Assembly: GCF_009914755.1 (NCBI RefSeq)
Contig: NC_060929.1
Length of the DNA: 64,000 bases
Source: the human T2T-CHM13v2.0 reference genome, Homo sapiens
Reading direction: 5' to 3' (one strand)
The position numbers and the translations under genes are program-made. The number at the start of each line of letters is the position of its first letter. Within the stretch, counting starts at the first letter, position 1. Under the pieces are notes generated by a model that had not been told where the DNA came from, searched no databases, and saw only the letters and a program-made list of their open reading frames with translations. Shown in pieces: positions 26,615 to 37,999 of the stretch.

Positions 26615-28072
26615 TGATCTTGCCTGGTCTCCAACCATCACCATCCATGTGACCAGATTCAGTGAACACTTCTCTGCTCTCATCTTATTTGGCTGCTCAA
26701 CCAATTTGTCCACTTCCTCTTTCCTGGAACACTCTCTTGGCTTTTCTCACACTGCTCTCACCCTTTCTTCACCTCAATGCATTTTTCCTTTTTCTCTCTC
26801 CTCTCTTGTCTTTACCCACCCCCACCCTCAGTTTTACATTGCTCATCACAAAGTAACTGTAAAAGGAGCTTGAACTTGAGTCTATCCTCTGAAGAGTTGA
26901 TACTCCTCAGGGCTTAGTCCTACCCTCCTTCCTCCCTCCCTCCTTCCCTCCCTCCTTTCCACTCTTTCTCCTTCCCTTCTTTTCCTGTCTATACTTTTCC
27001 CCTATGTAATCTCATCATTTCCAATGTTTAATTCCATGATATACTAATGAGTGCCCAGTTTATAACTTCAGCTCATACTTCTCAGAGATCCATATTTACA
27101 TATTCAACCACCTAGTTGACGTTCTTCACCTATCTCAGAAATTTCTCAGATTTAACATTTTTAACATTTTCAAAATAGAAACCTTGGTTTCTGATTCCCA
27201 AACCTGCCTTTGCTCCTCCACATATCTTCCATATACATCCACCCAGCACCCGGCACCAAACCATGGGATCACGTTTTGTTCTCCATTTCCCTCCACACCC
27301 AGCATCCGATCTATCAGCAAGTCCTTTCAAGTCAACCTGAAACATGTGTCATGAATCTGCCTCTCTCCCCCACTGCCATGCCAGTCCAAACCACCATCAT
27401 TTCTCACCTGCTCCACTTTAACACTTCCCAACTTGTGTCTCTACTTGCACTGTGCCCCCCAACACAACTCAGTCCACTCTCCACACAGCAGGACTGTAAG
27501 TTATAACACAAATCAGATCAACATCAAATATAAATTGAATCGTGCCATTCCCCTGCTTCAAACTTTTAATGGCTTTCTAGTTCATGTGAATAAAATATAG
27601 TGTCTTTACCATAAGCTCAGCATGATCTAGTCTCCACCTATCTCCCCCACCTTATCTCATGCCAAGCTTTCCCCTTAATCAGTGATTTCTAGCCACACTG
27701 ATCTTCTCTTAGTTCCCCAAACACATCCAACTCATTACTGATTCACGATCTTTGTATGCAGTAGTTTTTCCTACCTGTAGCCCTTCCTCCTTAAATTAGA
27801 ATGCCATATCCTCAAGAGGCCTTCTCATAGAACCCTATCTGAAGACAATATCCCTCACACTTTCCTTACTTTCTGCATTGGCTCATTGTTTCTTTATTAA
27901 GCTTGTCATAAATTTAATTGTTTTTATTGAACAAGGTTCTGATAAAACTTGTTTCTTCTGTGTCTTTCAGTAAAATGTGAGCCCCATGAAGGCAAGAATG
28001 AATCATGTCTAACTTGTTCCCCATTATTGTATCCACACTGCTTAGCACGGAGGGAATGAATGAAGTAATGAA
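26615..28072 (+). mobile_element. Long L2 fragment (RT to 3' end)
   Basis: ttctctgctctcatcttatt..., cctcagggcttagtcct, atattcaaccacctagttgac, aaatcagatca, tgtgagccccatgaaggcaagaa, ends gaatgaatgaa. Confidence 0.85.
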
Positions 28073-28358
28073 GATCAGATAATATTATCAAAAGTTTTCA
28101 TAAGCCTGTTCCTCAAGCTGCAATACCAGTTTGGGACATACTTTAGCCATCTATTCCTGTGGAAACTTCTAAATAGCTGTCCTTGGTAGATGCAAGTCTC
28201 TTACACACCATAGTCTTACTGACGAAAATTAGATACCCTGGAAAATGACTAAAGTTGAAATGACACATGATTTCTAATTTGACTTTTCCAGGGAAACAGT
28301 GTTCTCAAATAGCTTTTCATAGAGCTAACCATTAGCCCAACATTTAACTAACTGAAAC

Positions 28359-28479
28359 AGAATAACTATTGTCTAAACCAGGATACTTCTAAGAGTAAAA
28401 AGGTTTACTTTTCACTTTAAATAATTTAGGAACCATAGATGTAAATTAAGACTATTCCAGGCAAATCAGGACAAGCCCT
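28359..28479. mobile_element. MER94-like hAT-Blackjack MITE
   Basis: tattgtctaaaccaggatacttctaagagtaaaaagg...gactattccaggcaaatcaggaca..ccct. Confidence 0.55.
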
Positions 28480-28936
28480 AACATTTAAAAATATTCTCTT
28501 TGACTATGTGGTTTATTCTTCCTAGAGCTTGCAATTAAACAAGTTAATATACTGGCAAATGATAAAATTATATTCAGATAATATGGCCTAATAACCTATT
28601 CCACAAAGTTCCTGCCTTTTTCTCCACAATGATGATCTATTTTGTATGACAACAAATCACCAGGTAAGGCAACACATTTTTAAATATGTTGGGATCCAAA
28701 AGAGTCTCTTTAGGGAGAATTTGATAGGCATCTTTGAGGGAATATTTGAAAGAGATTTGCAGTCCCTTGACAAATAACTTTTTGATAAATCAATAAATAT
28801 CAAATATTTAGTAAATATTTAGTAATATTTAGTAAATTTAGTCAAAAACCAGAACCACAATGCAGTTCTCCTGATTCCCAGTTCAGTATGCAGTGATGTA
28901 CAAATAAAATTCAGAATACAGTATCTTTAGAACAAA

Positions 28937-29185
28937 AATAATAGTTAATATTTACTGAGCCCTTATCATATGCTATATCTAATGTAAAATACACCTTACA
29001 TTTCTAGGAAAATGAGTACTCAGAACAATATTCAGGGGTACCTAGTATTAATCTCATTTTGCATATAAGGGCCCAAAGTTTCAGAGGTTTTAACTAATTG
29101 CCTAAGATCACAAAATAGCGGCAAAGCCAAGATCACCCCCCAGATATGCCCTTCTCCAAAGCCCAGATTCTTAGCCATTGTTTAC
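28937..29185 (-). mobile_element. MIR
   Basis: aataatagttaatatttactgagcc...ctcattttgcatata...taactaattgcctaagatcaca...ccaaagcccagattcttagccattg. Confidence 0.7.
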
Positions 29186-29399
29186 CTCTAAGACTGTTTA
29201 TATTCCTGACTTCCTTTTCTGTTGCATTTCAGAGGTCTGGCTGCCATTCACACTGGGGTGCTCTTCTTCCACTTGGCAGGGTGCTACTTTACGTGCTATG
29301 ATGGAACATTAACAAGGGTGTCTTTGACAAGTGCTCAGGGATTGCTACCGGTTGAGGCCTGCCTGTCTTGTACCTGCCTAGAGGCAATGAACCACACAG

Positions 29400-29560
29400 T
29401 GTTACAGCTGAAAGGGATCTTGGATATTCCCTGGTTCCACCTCCTGATTTTACACATGAGAAAATGAGAGAAGTGAATGGACTTGCCCAAGGTCACATAG
29501 CCTTGTAGTCAAAAGCCAGAACCACAATGCAGTTCTCCTGATGCCCAGTTCAGTGTGCAG
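29400..29560 (-). mobile_element. MIR3-like SINE
   Basis: gctgaaagggatcttggat...ttttacacatgagaaaatgag...gacttgcccaaggtcacatagc. Confidence 0.7.
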
Positions 29561-29604
29561 TGATGTAGAAATAAAATTCAGAATACAGTATCTTTAGAAC
29601 AATG

Positions 29605-29672
29605 ATCTCATGTAAATATTTTATAGACTGTATGGTACATCTCATGTAAATATTTTATAGACTGTATGGTAC
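29605..29672. repeat. Perfect 34-bp tandem duplication
   Basis: atctcatgtaaatattttatagactgtatggtac x2. Confidence 0.97.
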
Positions 29673-30157
29673 ATAATATACATTTAGGAAAACAGTGTAA
29701 ATATTTTGTAGGCTGTGACATAATTGTCAAGTTTGGGATTAAATCCATGGTCCCAAAGCAATGCAGCACATGTATGGTACAAAACAATATGCTGGGGTCT
29801 GAGCAGCTGTCCCTAAACTGTGTTTGCATTTCCTAGAGTGGCAGAATTCAAACTGCATAGCCAGCTCTGAATTTGCACAACTGCTAGGGGAGTGCGGCCT
29901 GTGGAAAAAGAGCTAAGCAAAGGGATTGCACATCCCTAGGAGTTTCAGACTACCAAGAGGGTAAAGCCCTGGTCACACTAAAGGACCCAGATTGAAAAAG
30001 CAAGCTGTGGCCAGATATCCCAGTCCACTCTGGGATGCTGTAGTCTCACCAGTGGCCAGCTAGAGGCTGCTCCTTTAACCCAGTGTGAAAGTAAAGGTAA
30101 CCATGCTGCAGCATTGGAGAAAGACCCAATGGCTCAGAACTGCTTGGGAGTATTCTT

Positions 30158-33100
30158 CTTTTCATCTTTTTTTAAATTTTTGTGGGCGCATAGTATTTGT
30201 CTATATTTACAGAGTACATGAGATGTTTTGATACAGGCATGTAATGTGAAACAATCACATCATGGAGACCAGGGTATCCATCCCCTCAAGCATTTATCCT
30301 TTGCATTACAAAAAATCCATTTACATTCTTTTAGTTATTTTTAAATGTACACTTAAGTTATTATTGACTGTAGTTGCCCTGTTGTGCTATTAAGTGGTAG
30401 GTCTTATTCATACTTTCTAACTGTCTTTTTGTACCTATTAACCATCCCCACCTCCCCACCCATTCTCCACTACTCTTGCCAGCCTCTGATAACCATCAGA
30501 AATTCTTGCCTAGACCAATGTCCTGGAGATTTTCCACAATGTTTACTGTAGAAGTTTCATAGTTTGAAGTCTTAGCTTTAAGTCTTTAATCCATTTTGAT
30601 TTGAGTTTTCTACATGGCAAGAGATAGAGGTCTAGTTTCATTCTTCTGCATGTGGATATCCAGTTTTCCAACTACCATTTATTGAAGAGACTGTCTTTTC
30701 CCCAGTGAATGTTCTTGGCACTTTTACCGAAAATGGATTCACTGTAGGTGTGTGGATTTGTTCCAGGGTTCTCTATTCTGTTCTGTTGGTCTAAGTCTCT
30801 GTTTTTATGGCTAATGCATAAAAACATTTGGTTACTATAGCTCTGTAGTATAATTTTAAGTCAGGTAATGTGATTGCTCCAGTTCTGTTCTTTTTGCTCA
30901 GGATAATTTCAGCTATTCTCGGTCTTTTACGGTTCCATATGAATTTTAGGATTGTTATTTCTATTTCTGTGAGGAATGTCATTGGTATTTTGATAGGAAT
31001 TGCAGTGAATCTGTAATAAAACCCATATATGACAGACTACAGCTAGTATCATACCAAATGGGGAAAAATTGAAAGCCTTTCCTCTAAGATCTGGAACACT
31101 ACAAGGATGCTCACTGTTACCACTGCTATTCAACATAGTACTGGAAGTCCTATGCTTTGGGTAGTATGTGTTTCCACAACACAGCTATTTTGAATTCTGT
31201 CTGAAAGGTCACATATCTCTGTTTCTCCAGGATTAGTCACTGGTGCCTTATTTAATTTATTCAGGGAGGACATGTTTTCCCTGGATGCTAGTAGATGTTT
31301 TTGGTGTCTAGGCATTGAAGAGTTAGGTATTTAATGTAGTCTTCGCCGTCTGGAATTGTTTGTACCCAGTCTTCTTGGGAAGGCTTTCCAGGTATTTGAA
31401 AACACTTGGGTGTTGTGATCTAAGCTGTATCTGCCTTAGGTGGAACCCTAAGTCCAGTAATGCTGTGGTTCTTGCAGACTCGTAGAGGTACCTCCTTGGT
31501 AGTCTTAGACAAGATCTGGAGAATTCTCTGGATTACCAGACTCTTGTTCTCTTCCCTTACTTTCTCTCAGACAAATGAGGTCTCTTTCTTTTTTCTAAGC
31601 CACCTGAAGCTGGGGGTGGAGTAACACAAGCACCCCTGTGGCCATCAACACTATGACTGTGCTGGGTCAGACCTGTAGCCACCACAGTACTGGGTCTCAC
31701 CCAAGGCCTGCTATAACCACTGCCTGGCTACTGCCTTTGTTTGCTGCAGGCCCTGGGACTCTCCAATCGGCAGGTGGCAAAGCCAGCCAGGCTTGTGTTC
31801 TTCCCTTCATGGCAGCAAGGTCCTGCAAGCCCTGGGTGGGTCCAGAAGTGCTGTCTAGAAGTCAGGGTCTAGAGTCAAAAATCTTAGACGTGTACCTGGT
31901 GTTCCAAAAGCAATGGCAACAAAAGCCAAAATTGACAAATGGGATCTAATTAAACTAAAGAGTTTCTGCACAGCAAAAGAAACTATCATCAGAGTGAAGA
32001 GGCAACCTACACAATGGGAGAAAATTTTTGCAATCTATCCATCTGACAAAGGGCTAATATCCAGAATCTACAAAGAACTTAAACAAATTTACAAGAAAAA
32101 AACAAACAACCCCATCAAAAAGTGGGCAAAGGATATGAACAGACACTTCTCTAAGAAGACATTTATGCAGCCAACAAACATATGAAAAAAAGCTCATCAT
32201 CACTGGTCATTACTGAAATGCAAATCAAAACTACAATGAGATACCATCTCATGCCAGTTAGAATGGCGATCATTAAAAAGTCAGGAAACAACAGATGCTG
32301 GAGAGGATGTGGAGAAATAGGAATGCTTTTACACTGTTGGCAGGAGTGTAAATTAGTTCAACCATTGTGGAAGACAGTGTGGAGATTCCTCAAGGATCTA
32401 GAACCAGAAATACCATTTGACCCAGCAATTCTATTACTGGGCATATACCCAAAAGATTATAAATCATTCTACTATAAAGACACATGCACACAATATGTTT
32501 ATTACAGCACTATTCACAACAGCAAAGACTTGGAACCAACCCAAATGTCCATCAATGATAGACTGGATTAAGAAAATGTGGCACATATACACCATGGAAT
32601 ACTATGCAGCCACAAAAAATGATGAGGTCATGTCCTTTGTAGGACATGATGAAGCTGGAAACCATCATTCTCAGCAAACTAACACAAGAACAGAAAACCA
32701 AACACCACATGTTCTCACTCATAAGTGGGAGTTGAACAATGAGAACACATGGACACAGGGAGGGCAACATCACACACTGGGGCCTGTCTTGGGGTGGGGA
32801 GCTAGGGGAGGGATAGCATTAGGAGAAATACCTAATGTAGGTGATGGATTGATGGGTGCAGCAAACCACCATGGCACGTGTATACCTATGTAACAAACCT
32901 GCACGTTCTGCACATGTATCCCAGAACTTAAAATATAATTAAAAAATTTTAAAAAGAGGTGTACCTTGTATTCTATTGCATTGCAGCTGAGCTGGCACTC
33001 AAACCACGAGACACAGTCCTTCCCACTTTTCTCTCCTCTTTCCAAAGGCAGAGGAGCCTCACCCCATAGCCACCACCACCACAGGCCACAGGGAGTACTG

Positions 33101-34398
33101 CCAGACTACCGCCTATGTTCCCTTAAGACCCAAGGGCTCTTCAGTCAGCTTGTGGTAAATACTGCCTGGCCTGGGACTCACCCTTCAGGGCAGTGGGTCC
33201 CCTCTGGTCCAGGGCAGGTCCAGAAATGCCATCCAAGAGCCAATCCTGGAATCAGGGACCCCAAGAATCTACTTGGTACTCTACTCCCCTGTGTTTGTGT
33301 TGGTACCTAAGGTGTAAGGCAAAGTTGCGTTTACTTTTCCTCATGCTTTTCTCAAGCGTAAGGAGTTTCACCCCATAGTCACCAAAGCTGGTAATGTGCT
33401 GAGTCTCACCTGAAGCCAACAAGTCTCAGAGGCTCACCCAAGGCCTTCAACGTAGTACATGGGAATCGCTGCTGGTTATTCAGGACCCAAGGTTTCTTCA
33501 GTTAGCAAGGGATGAATGTTGCCAGGACTGGGTCCTTTCCTTCAAGGCAGCATGTTTCCTTCTGGCTCAGGGTGTGTCTAGAAATGTCATCAATGAGCTA
33601 GGTCCTGGAACGGGGGCCTCATGACTCTGAGCAGTGCCCTATCCTGCTGTGGCTGAGCTGGTATCCAAGATGCAGGACAAAGTCCTCCCCACTCTTCCCT
33701 CGTCTCCTCAACCAGAAGGAAGGGACCTTTTTTGGAGTCACAAGCTGTGCAGCCTGGGGTTAGGGAAGGGGTAATGCCAGCATTCCCTTAGCCACCCCAG
33801 CTGGTGTGTCAGTAGGTTGTTTGCCCCCACCGTCCCCCAGTCCACTGTCTCTGGGCCTAGTTCAGCACTAGGACTTACTCAACAGTTACAGTCCTTGTGG
33901 GCCAGACTGCTTTCAAGTTTACTTAAAGACCCAGAGTACTTGATTCCTTGGTGGCAAGGTTTGTGGGAAATGGAATTCTGACCACTGTGATCCACAATTC
34001 CCCTCCGGCTAGGGCTGCTTTAAATGCTCCCCCCATGGGTGGGCATCAGCTGAGTTTGGACCAGTTTTCCTTTCTGCTCTAACAGGGCTGCATTAACTTC
34101 AGTGCCTCACAATTGCTTTGCTCCCCCTCCATTAATGTCCAGAGATGTTCTCTGAACCACCCTGTCACTGCTGAGTGGGAGCGAGGAGGGAGTGGTATCA
34201 GTGATTTAGGACTGTTTTTTCTACCATTTCAGTGCCTCTTTCAATGATGTGAACTTAAAACCAGGTACTAGGAGGGCTCACCTGATTTTTGGTTCTTATG
34301 AAGGTGATTTTTCACATAGATAGTTGTTAACTTGGTGTCCTTGCTGTGGGGATGATCAGTGGAGCTTTCTATTCTGCCATCTTGCTCTGCCTCTCTCC
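30158..34398 (-). mobile_element. L1MA (L1MA1/2-like) with both termini, internally deleted and rearranged
   Basis: 3' UTR 30158-30497, ORF2 piece 30498-31015 (minus ORF LKFIWN.KRPRIA..ILSKKN..G.ITLPD.KLYYRA), ORF1 start (EICDLSDR) and long 5' UTR ending in the 5' terminus ggagagaggcagagcaagatggc (YY1 motif). Degenerate TSD tgct..agtattctt at 30141-30157 and 34399-34414. Confidence 0.9.
31905..32954 (+). mobile_element. 5'-truncated L1PA (about L1PA6) nested in the L1MA 5' UTR
   Basis: ORF2 C-terminus [22 protein letters not shown]...[27 protein letters not shown] and L1PA 3' UTR. 19-bp TSD agacgtgtacctggtgttc / agaggtgtaccttgtattc. Confidence 0.97.
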
Positions 34399-35431
34399 TG
34401 CTGACAGTATTCTTACTCTGGAAGAAATCCCCTTGCCTTACTTGTCCTTTACCCAGATCTTCTTTCTCCCTCATTCCTACTGCACTGGCCATTTCTCCAT
34501 TGTTATAATGTTGGAGGGAAGTGGCCAAAAAGCATAGACAAATGGCCTTCAACAAAGAAAACAGTGTTTTATTGCTGTTAACAATTTGCAACTGAGTTCA
34601 TCCTAGAACGGTAAAATGTATATCAAAAGAAACAGTAGAAACTTTTAATGACTGACAACCAGTCCGTCTCCTCCCCAAGTCCATATCATACTTCCTTCCT
34701 TGACTCTCACATTATTTCAACTTTTAACCATTGAAAGGGTATTCCTGCGGCCTGCACCCTACCCAGCTCCTGGTTCCCCATCTCCTTCTACTCTCAGCTG
34801 AGTCTTCCAAACACTCCCCTAAGAAACACCAGCCAATCTCAGGCTGTGAAACAAGCTGGTCCTTTCCCATCAGACATGGGAAGTCCACGTAGAACACACA
34901 GAGCCCAATGACATAAGCCCATCTTGCTGCTAATCCCCAAGTTTTAACCCCAGTCCATGCTGGTGGCTTGGCCTCTGCCCTCTTCCTGAGACCAAGGTCC
35001 TGCCTCCTACTCTTACTTCAGGAACCAAGCCCCTGTCTTGGTCTTTATGACTGGGTCTCTCTTGATAAACCATCATCAGGAACAGATCTAGGAATTTTTA
35101 GAGGCCTTAAGCACTCCAAATAGCATGTAATTCCTTCACTTTTCCATCCAATTTAAAATTCAAAATAAAAAATATTATATCATAAAGTTTTTGAAATGAC
35201 AGAAAATTTACATAAATACTGATGTTAAAATAGCTTCTTCCTAGAGTTTCTGTCTCTCTTTGTGTATGTAAATATGTGCGTGCATGCACCAATGCTCTGC
35301 TGGGGCCTGACTGGGGCCCAGCTTCACCAGTCCTCATCCCTAACTCATAGTTTTCTTTTTCTTTCTAAACCCCAGAAACAAGGTCAAGCCTTGTGGCAGT
35401 TGACAGCAAGCATGCCTCCTGACTTGCCTCC

Positions 35432-35862
35432 TGTGACAGAGACTGGGCTATTCGAAACATATGCTTCCCTTCTGTCATATTCAGTTGTAAGTGGAAAGTG
35501 GCTGTCTGTCCCAGGATGCTTGCCTCCAGCTGTGGCCATGTAACTAGTTCTCCCCATCAGAATATGTGAATGCCATGTGTCTCTTCCAGGCCAAATATAT
35601 AAAAGCAGGCGCACTTTCTCTGTTCTCTCTTTCTTCTTCCACTGGTTACATAAAGACAATAAGAAGGCCTTGGAGGGTAAGGGAGCCATAGATGGAGTGT
35701 CTTGCTCCCCAAATCATCCCATGTAGGAAAGCTTTAGCTGATGAGGAGAACCCAATTTGCTCTGAGATGTGGGAAGTGAACATCTATTGTGTTTGAGCCA
35801 TTACCTACTTGAGGGTGCATTTGTTACAACACTTTAGCCTACCCTTACACTATCTAAATCTA
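35432..35862 (+). mobile_element. MLT1 (I/J-like) MaLR solo LTR
   Basis: tgtgacagagactgg...tgtggccatgtaactagttctc...ggagccatagatgga...tctattgtgtttgagccatt...tttgttacaacactttagcctaccc. Confidence 0.75.
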
Positions 35863-35919
35863 CACCTATCACCTGCTTTTAGACTTCTTTTTGCTTTGCT
35901 CCACAGTAATTACTTCTCA

Positions 35920-36148
35920 GAGTGTTGTACAAGCAGTACCGCCTTTGGAATCAGGCAAATCTGGTCCAGAGGTTTTGCTACTTCCAAGGAATATGACCTT
36001 GAGTAAATCACTTAATCTCTACAAATATAGACTTTAATCTCTAATATGAACATAATGACATAAATTTAAGTGAAGAACAAATAATGTATAATATAAAGTA
36101 TATAAAGAGCCTATCAAAATGCCTACGTGATAGATACATAACAAATAG
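35920..36148 (+). mobile_element. MIR
   Basis: gcctttggaatcaggcaaatctgg...tgaccttgagtaaatcacttaatctct...tataaagagcctatcaaaatgcc. Confidence 0.7.
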
Positions 36149-36179
36149 AGTTCTCTCCTCCCCCTTTCATTGGTCACTC

Positions 36180-37150
36180 CCATTAAATGAGGCCAATCTC
36201 CCAAATATCTACTGCCTTCCCAGATAACCACTTGTTGCTATTGGGATAATTATCTCCCTCTTTCTGATAAAACTTAGCCCATCAGTTTCAAGAAAGATGG
36301 AAATTAATGTATTAACAGATTTAAGATAATGTTCTCCAATCACCTTCCAGGCCTCAGTTGTCTTCCTCTCTCTCATGGCCTGACCATTTGCTTCAGGGTA
36401 ATGAACCATGATTTTTGACAATACAGATATGATTCAACAAACATCTTAATATCAATTTGGGTGACAGCAGGGCTGTTGCCTGAAATGACAGATTTGAGGA
36501 ATGGATCTGCCTCAGGTAAGTGGCACTGAGCTGTGAACAGAAAATATCTCTGATGGTGCAGCATAACATGTAAAGAAGACTGCCACAACTGAGTTTTTCC
36601 CTTGTGCAACTGCTTCACTAACTTCAACTAGGGGGATCCTCATTAGTTGCTGAAGATCCCAATCCCCTTTGAGAAAGAAGTTTGTATATCTTTCTTGCAG
36701 TCTCCCGCACTGTGACTTGCCCAAAGGAATTACTAGTCCATAGAAGAGTCAGTTTCCAAATGAGAAAGAGGGAGAATTTGAAAACCCAGCCAAGCTTCTG
36801 ATGCCATCATTTCTCACTACCACGTGGTGTGTTCCTGTTGATGATGGGGCCTGCACTGTGCCACAAAACACTCATTCCTTCAGCAGGGATACACTTGCTG
36901 GTCTAGACATCTGCACAAACAGATTAGCACCACACTCTGGTGGAAAAATACTCAACTAATAGTATTTGGGTCAATAGAGAAGTCTGGCCTTGGTTTTATA
37001 TTACACCAGAACCAACTCACCCTCACCAAAAGAAGAGGAGGGTGAGGGAGAGAAGTTCTTATATTGAGCTAGTTTTCCTGTCTAGGCTACCTCCATCCTC
37101 CTAATAACATCTTTATTGGCGTCACTGGTTAATAGTATTGCCTGCTGGCC
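36180..37150 (-). mobile_element. Decayed Gypsy-type LTR-retrotransposon pol (RNase H plus integrase) fossil
   Basis: Minus-strand motifs in the expected order: ILLTSDANK (like F.L.TDAS), LVEYF..GANL..SRP (like L.EYDF..G..N..AD.LSR), KSVISGNSPAVT..IKMFVESY (like ISDNGPAFT..F..F), VHYPEANGQAMR (like YYPQANGQAER). Frameshifted. Confidence 0.55.
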
Positions 37151-37161
37151 TCGTGTGCCTG

Positions 37162-37999
37162 TGTATCAGTGTATTCCCTCTCAGATCCAAAGTTACCCTC
37201 ATTACCTGCTTAACAATAATGTAGCTGGACTCCGTGAATATTTCTCCCTCACTAAGCAAAACAACTTACCTTTCTCAGAAGAGGGCCCTGGAGAGACATT
37301 GGATCAGAAAATGTTTCTCCTCCTCGTTCTGGTGTCCTTTCTTGAGGCTCATGCAGCATGCATTTTTTTTTTTACAAATCCAGTTCCCATAGCATGCAGT
37401 TTCTGTAGCACCCAGCTCTTGCAGCACATAGCTTCAGCAACACTCTACTCCTACAGCATGCTATGGTCAGCAGCATATGGTAGCCAGTAGCACACACCAC
37501 CTTCCTATGGGGAGCTTTCTTCCATAACCTCCCTTGGGTGGCTTCAGAGTGGAGTGATGGCAGTGGAGTGCTAGTACCTTCCCATTAAATGCTTCCCCAG
37601 GCATTTCAGAGACTATTTCTCAATGAGTGATGTGGTCTAGGCATCTTCCCTTAGAGGATTTAGCCCAGAACCCTGCAGAGTAGCTTTGCCATGAGTTCTA
37701 AGGCACAGTACCTCAGTGAACTTCTATACCATTCAATGAACCTGAGCTCTGCCCTCACCAATGAAGTCTGGATATCAGCTTTGTGGGGAAGAGGTGCCTC
37801 TCTCTGGGGCACTGTACCCCAGCTCTAGGAATAGTGGCTACTCCATATATGTTACTCTTGTATTCCTCAGCATTCTTTTTACCTCTTATTAACTAGACCC
37901 TCATTTCTCCAATCCTCTCTTGATAATTCTTTATATTGAATTTTCATTATTCAAATTACTGTATGTTTTATGTCTCAGGATTAGACCCTGATGGATATA
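37162..37999 (+). mobile_element. ERVL 5' LTR (LTR41-like)
   Basis: Starts tgtatcagtg, ends caaattactgtatgttttatgtctcaggattagaccctgatggatata. Directly followed by an ERVL-type primer-binding-site-like aattggttctaggaatag. Confidence 0.7.

Larger units (their letters stand above)
28839..29602 (+). repeat. Dispersed direct repeat: 97-bp copies at 28839-28935 and 29506-29602
   Basis: tagtcaaaa(a/g)ccagaaccacaatgcagttctcctgat...cagaatacagtatctttagaacaa. 93/97 identical, ungapped. Confidence 0.97.

Noticed and set aside
30497-31168. L1MA deletions as products of L1 RNA splicing
   Set aside because: Against the recalled consensus, the junctions do not show paired GT donor and AG acceptor sites. 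They show only about 2-nt microhomologies.
31913-32893. ORFs of 90-158 aa
   Set aside because: Frameshifted L1PA ORF2 C-terminus and 3' UTR, not a gene.
31640-33720. Recurrent similar blocks (ctcacccaaggcc..., gtggctgagctgg)
   Set aside because: Explained by internal repeats of the L1MA 5' UTR.
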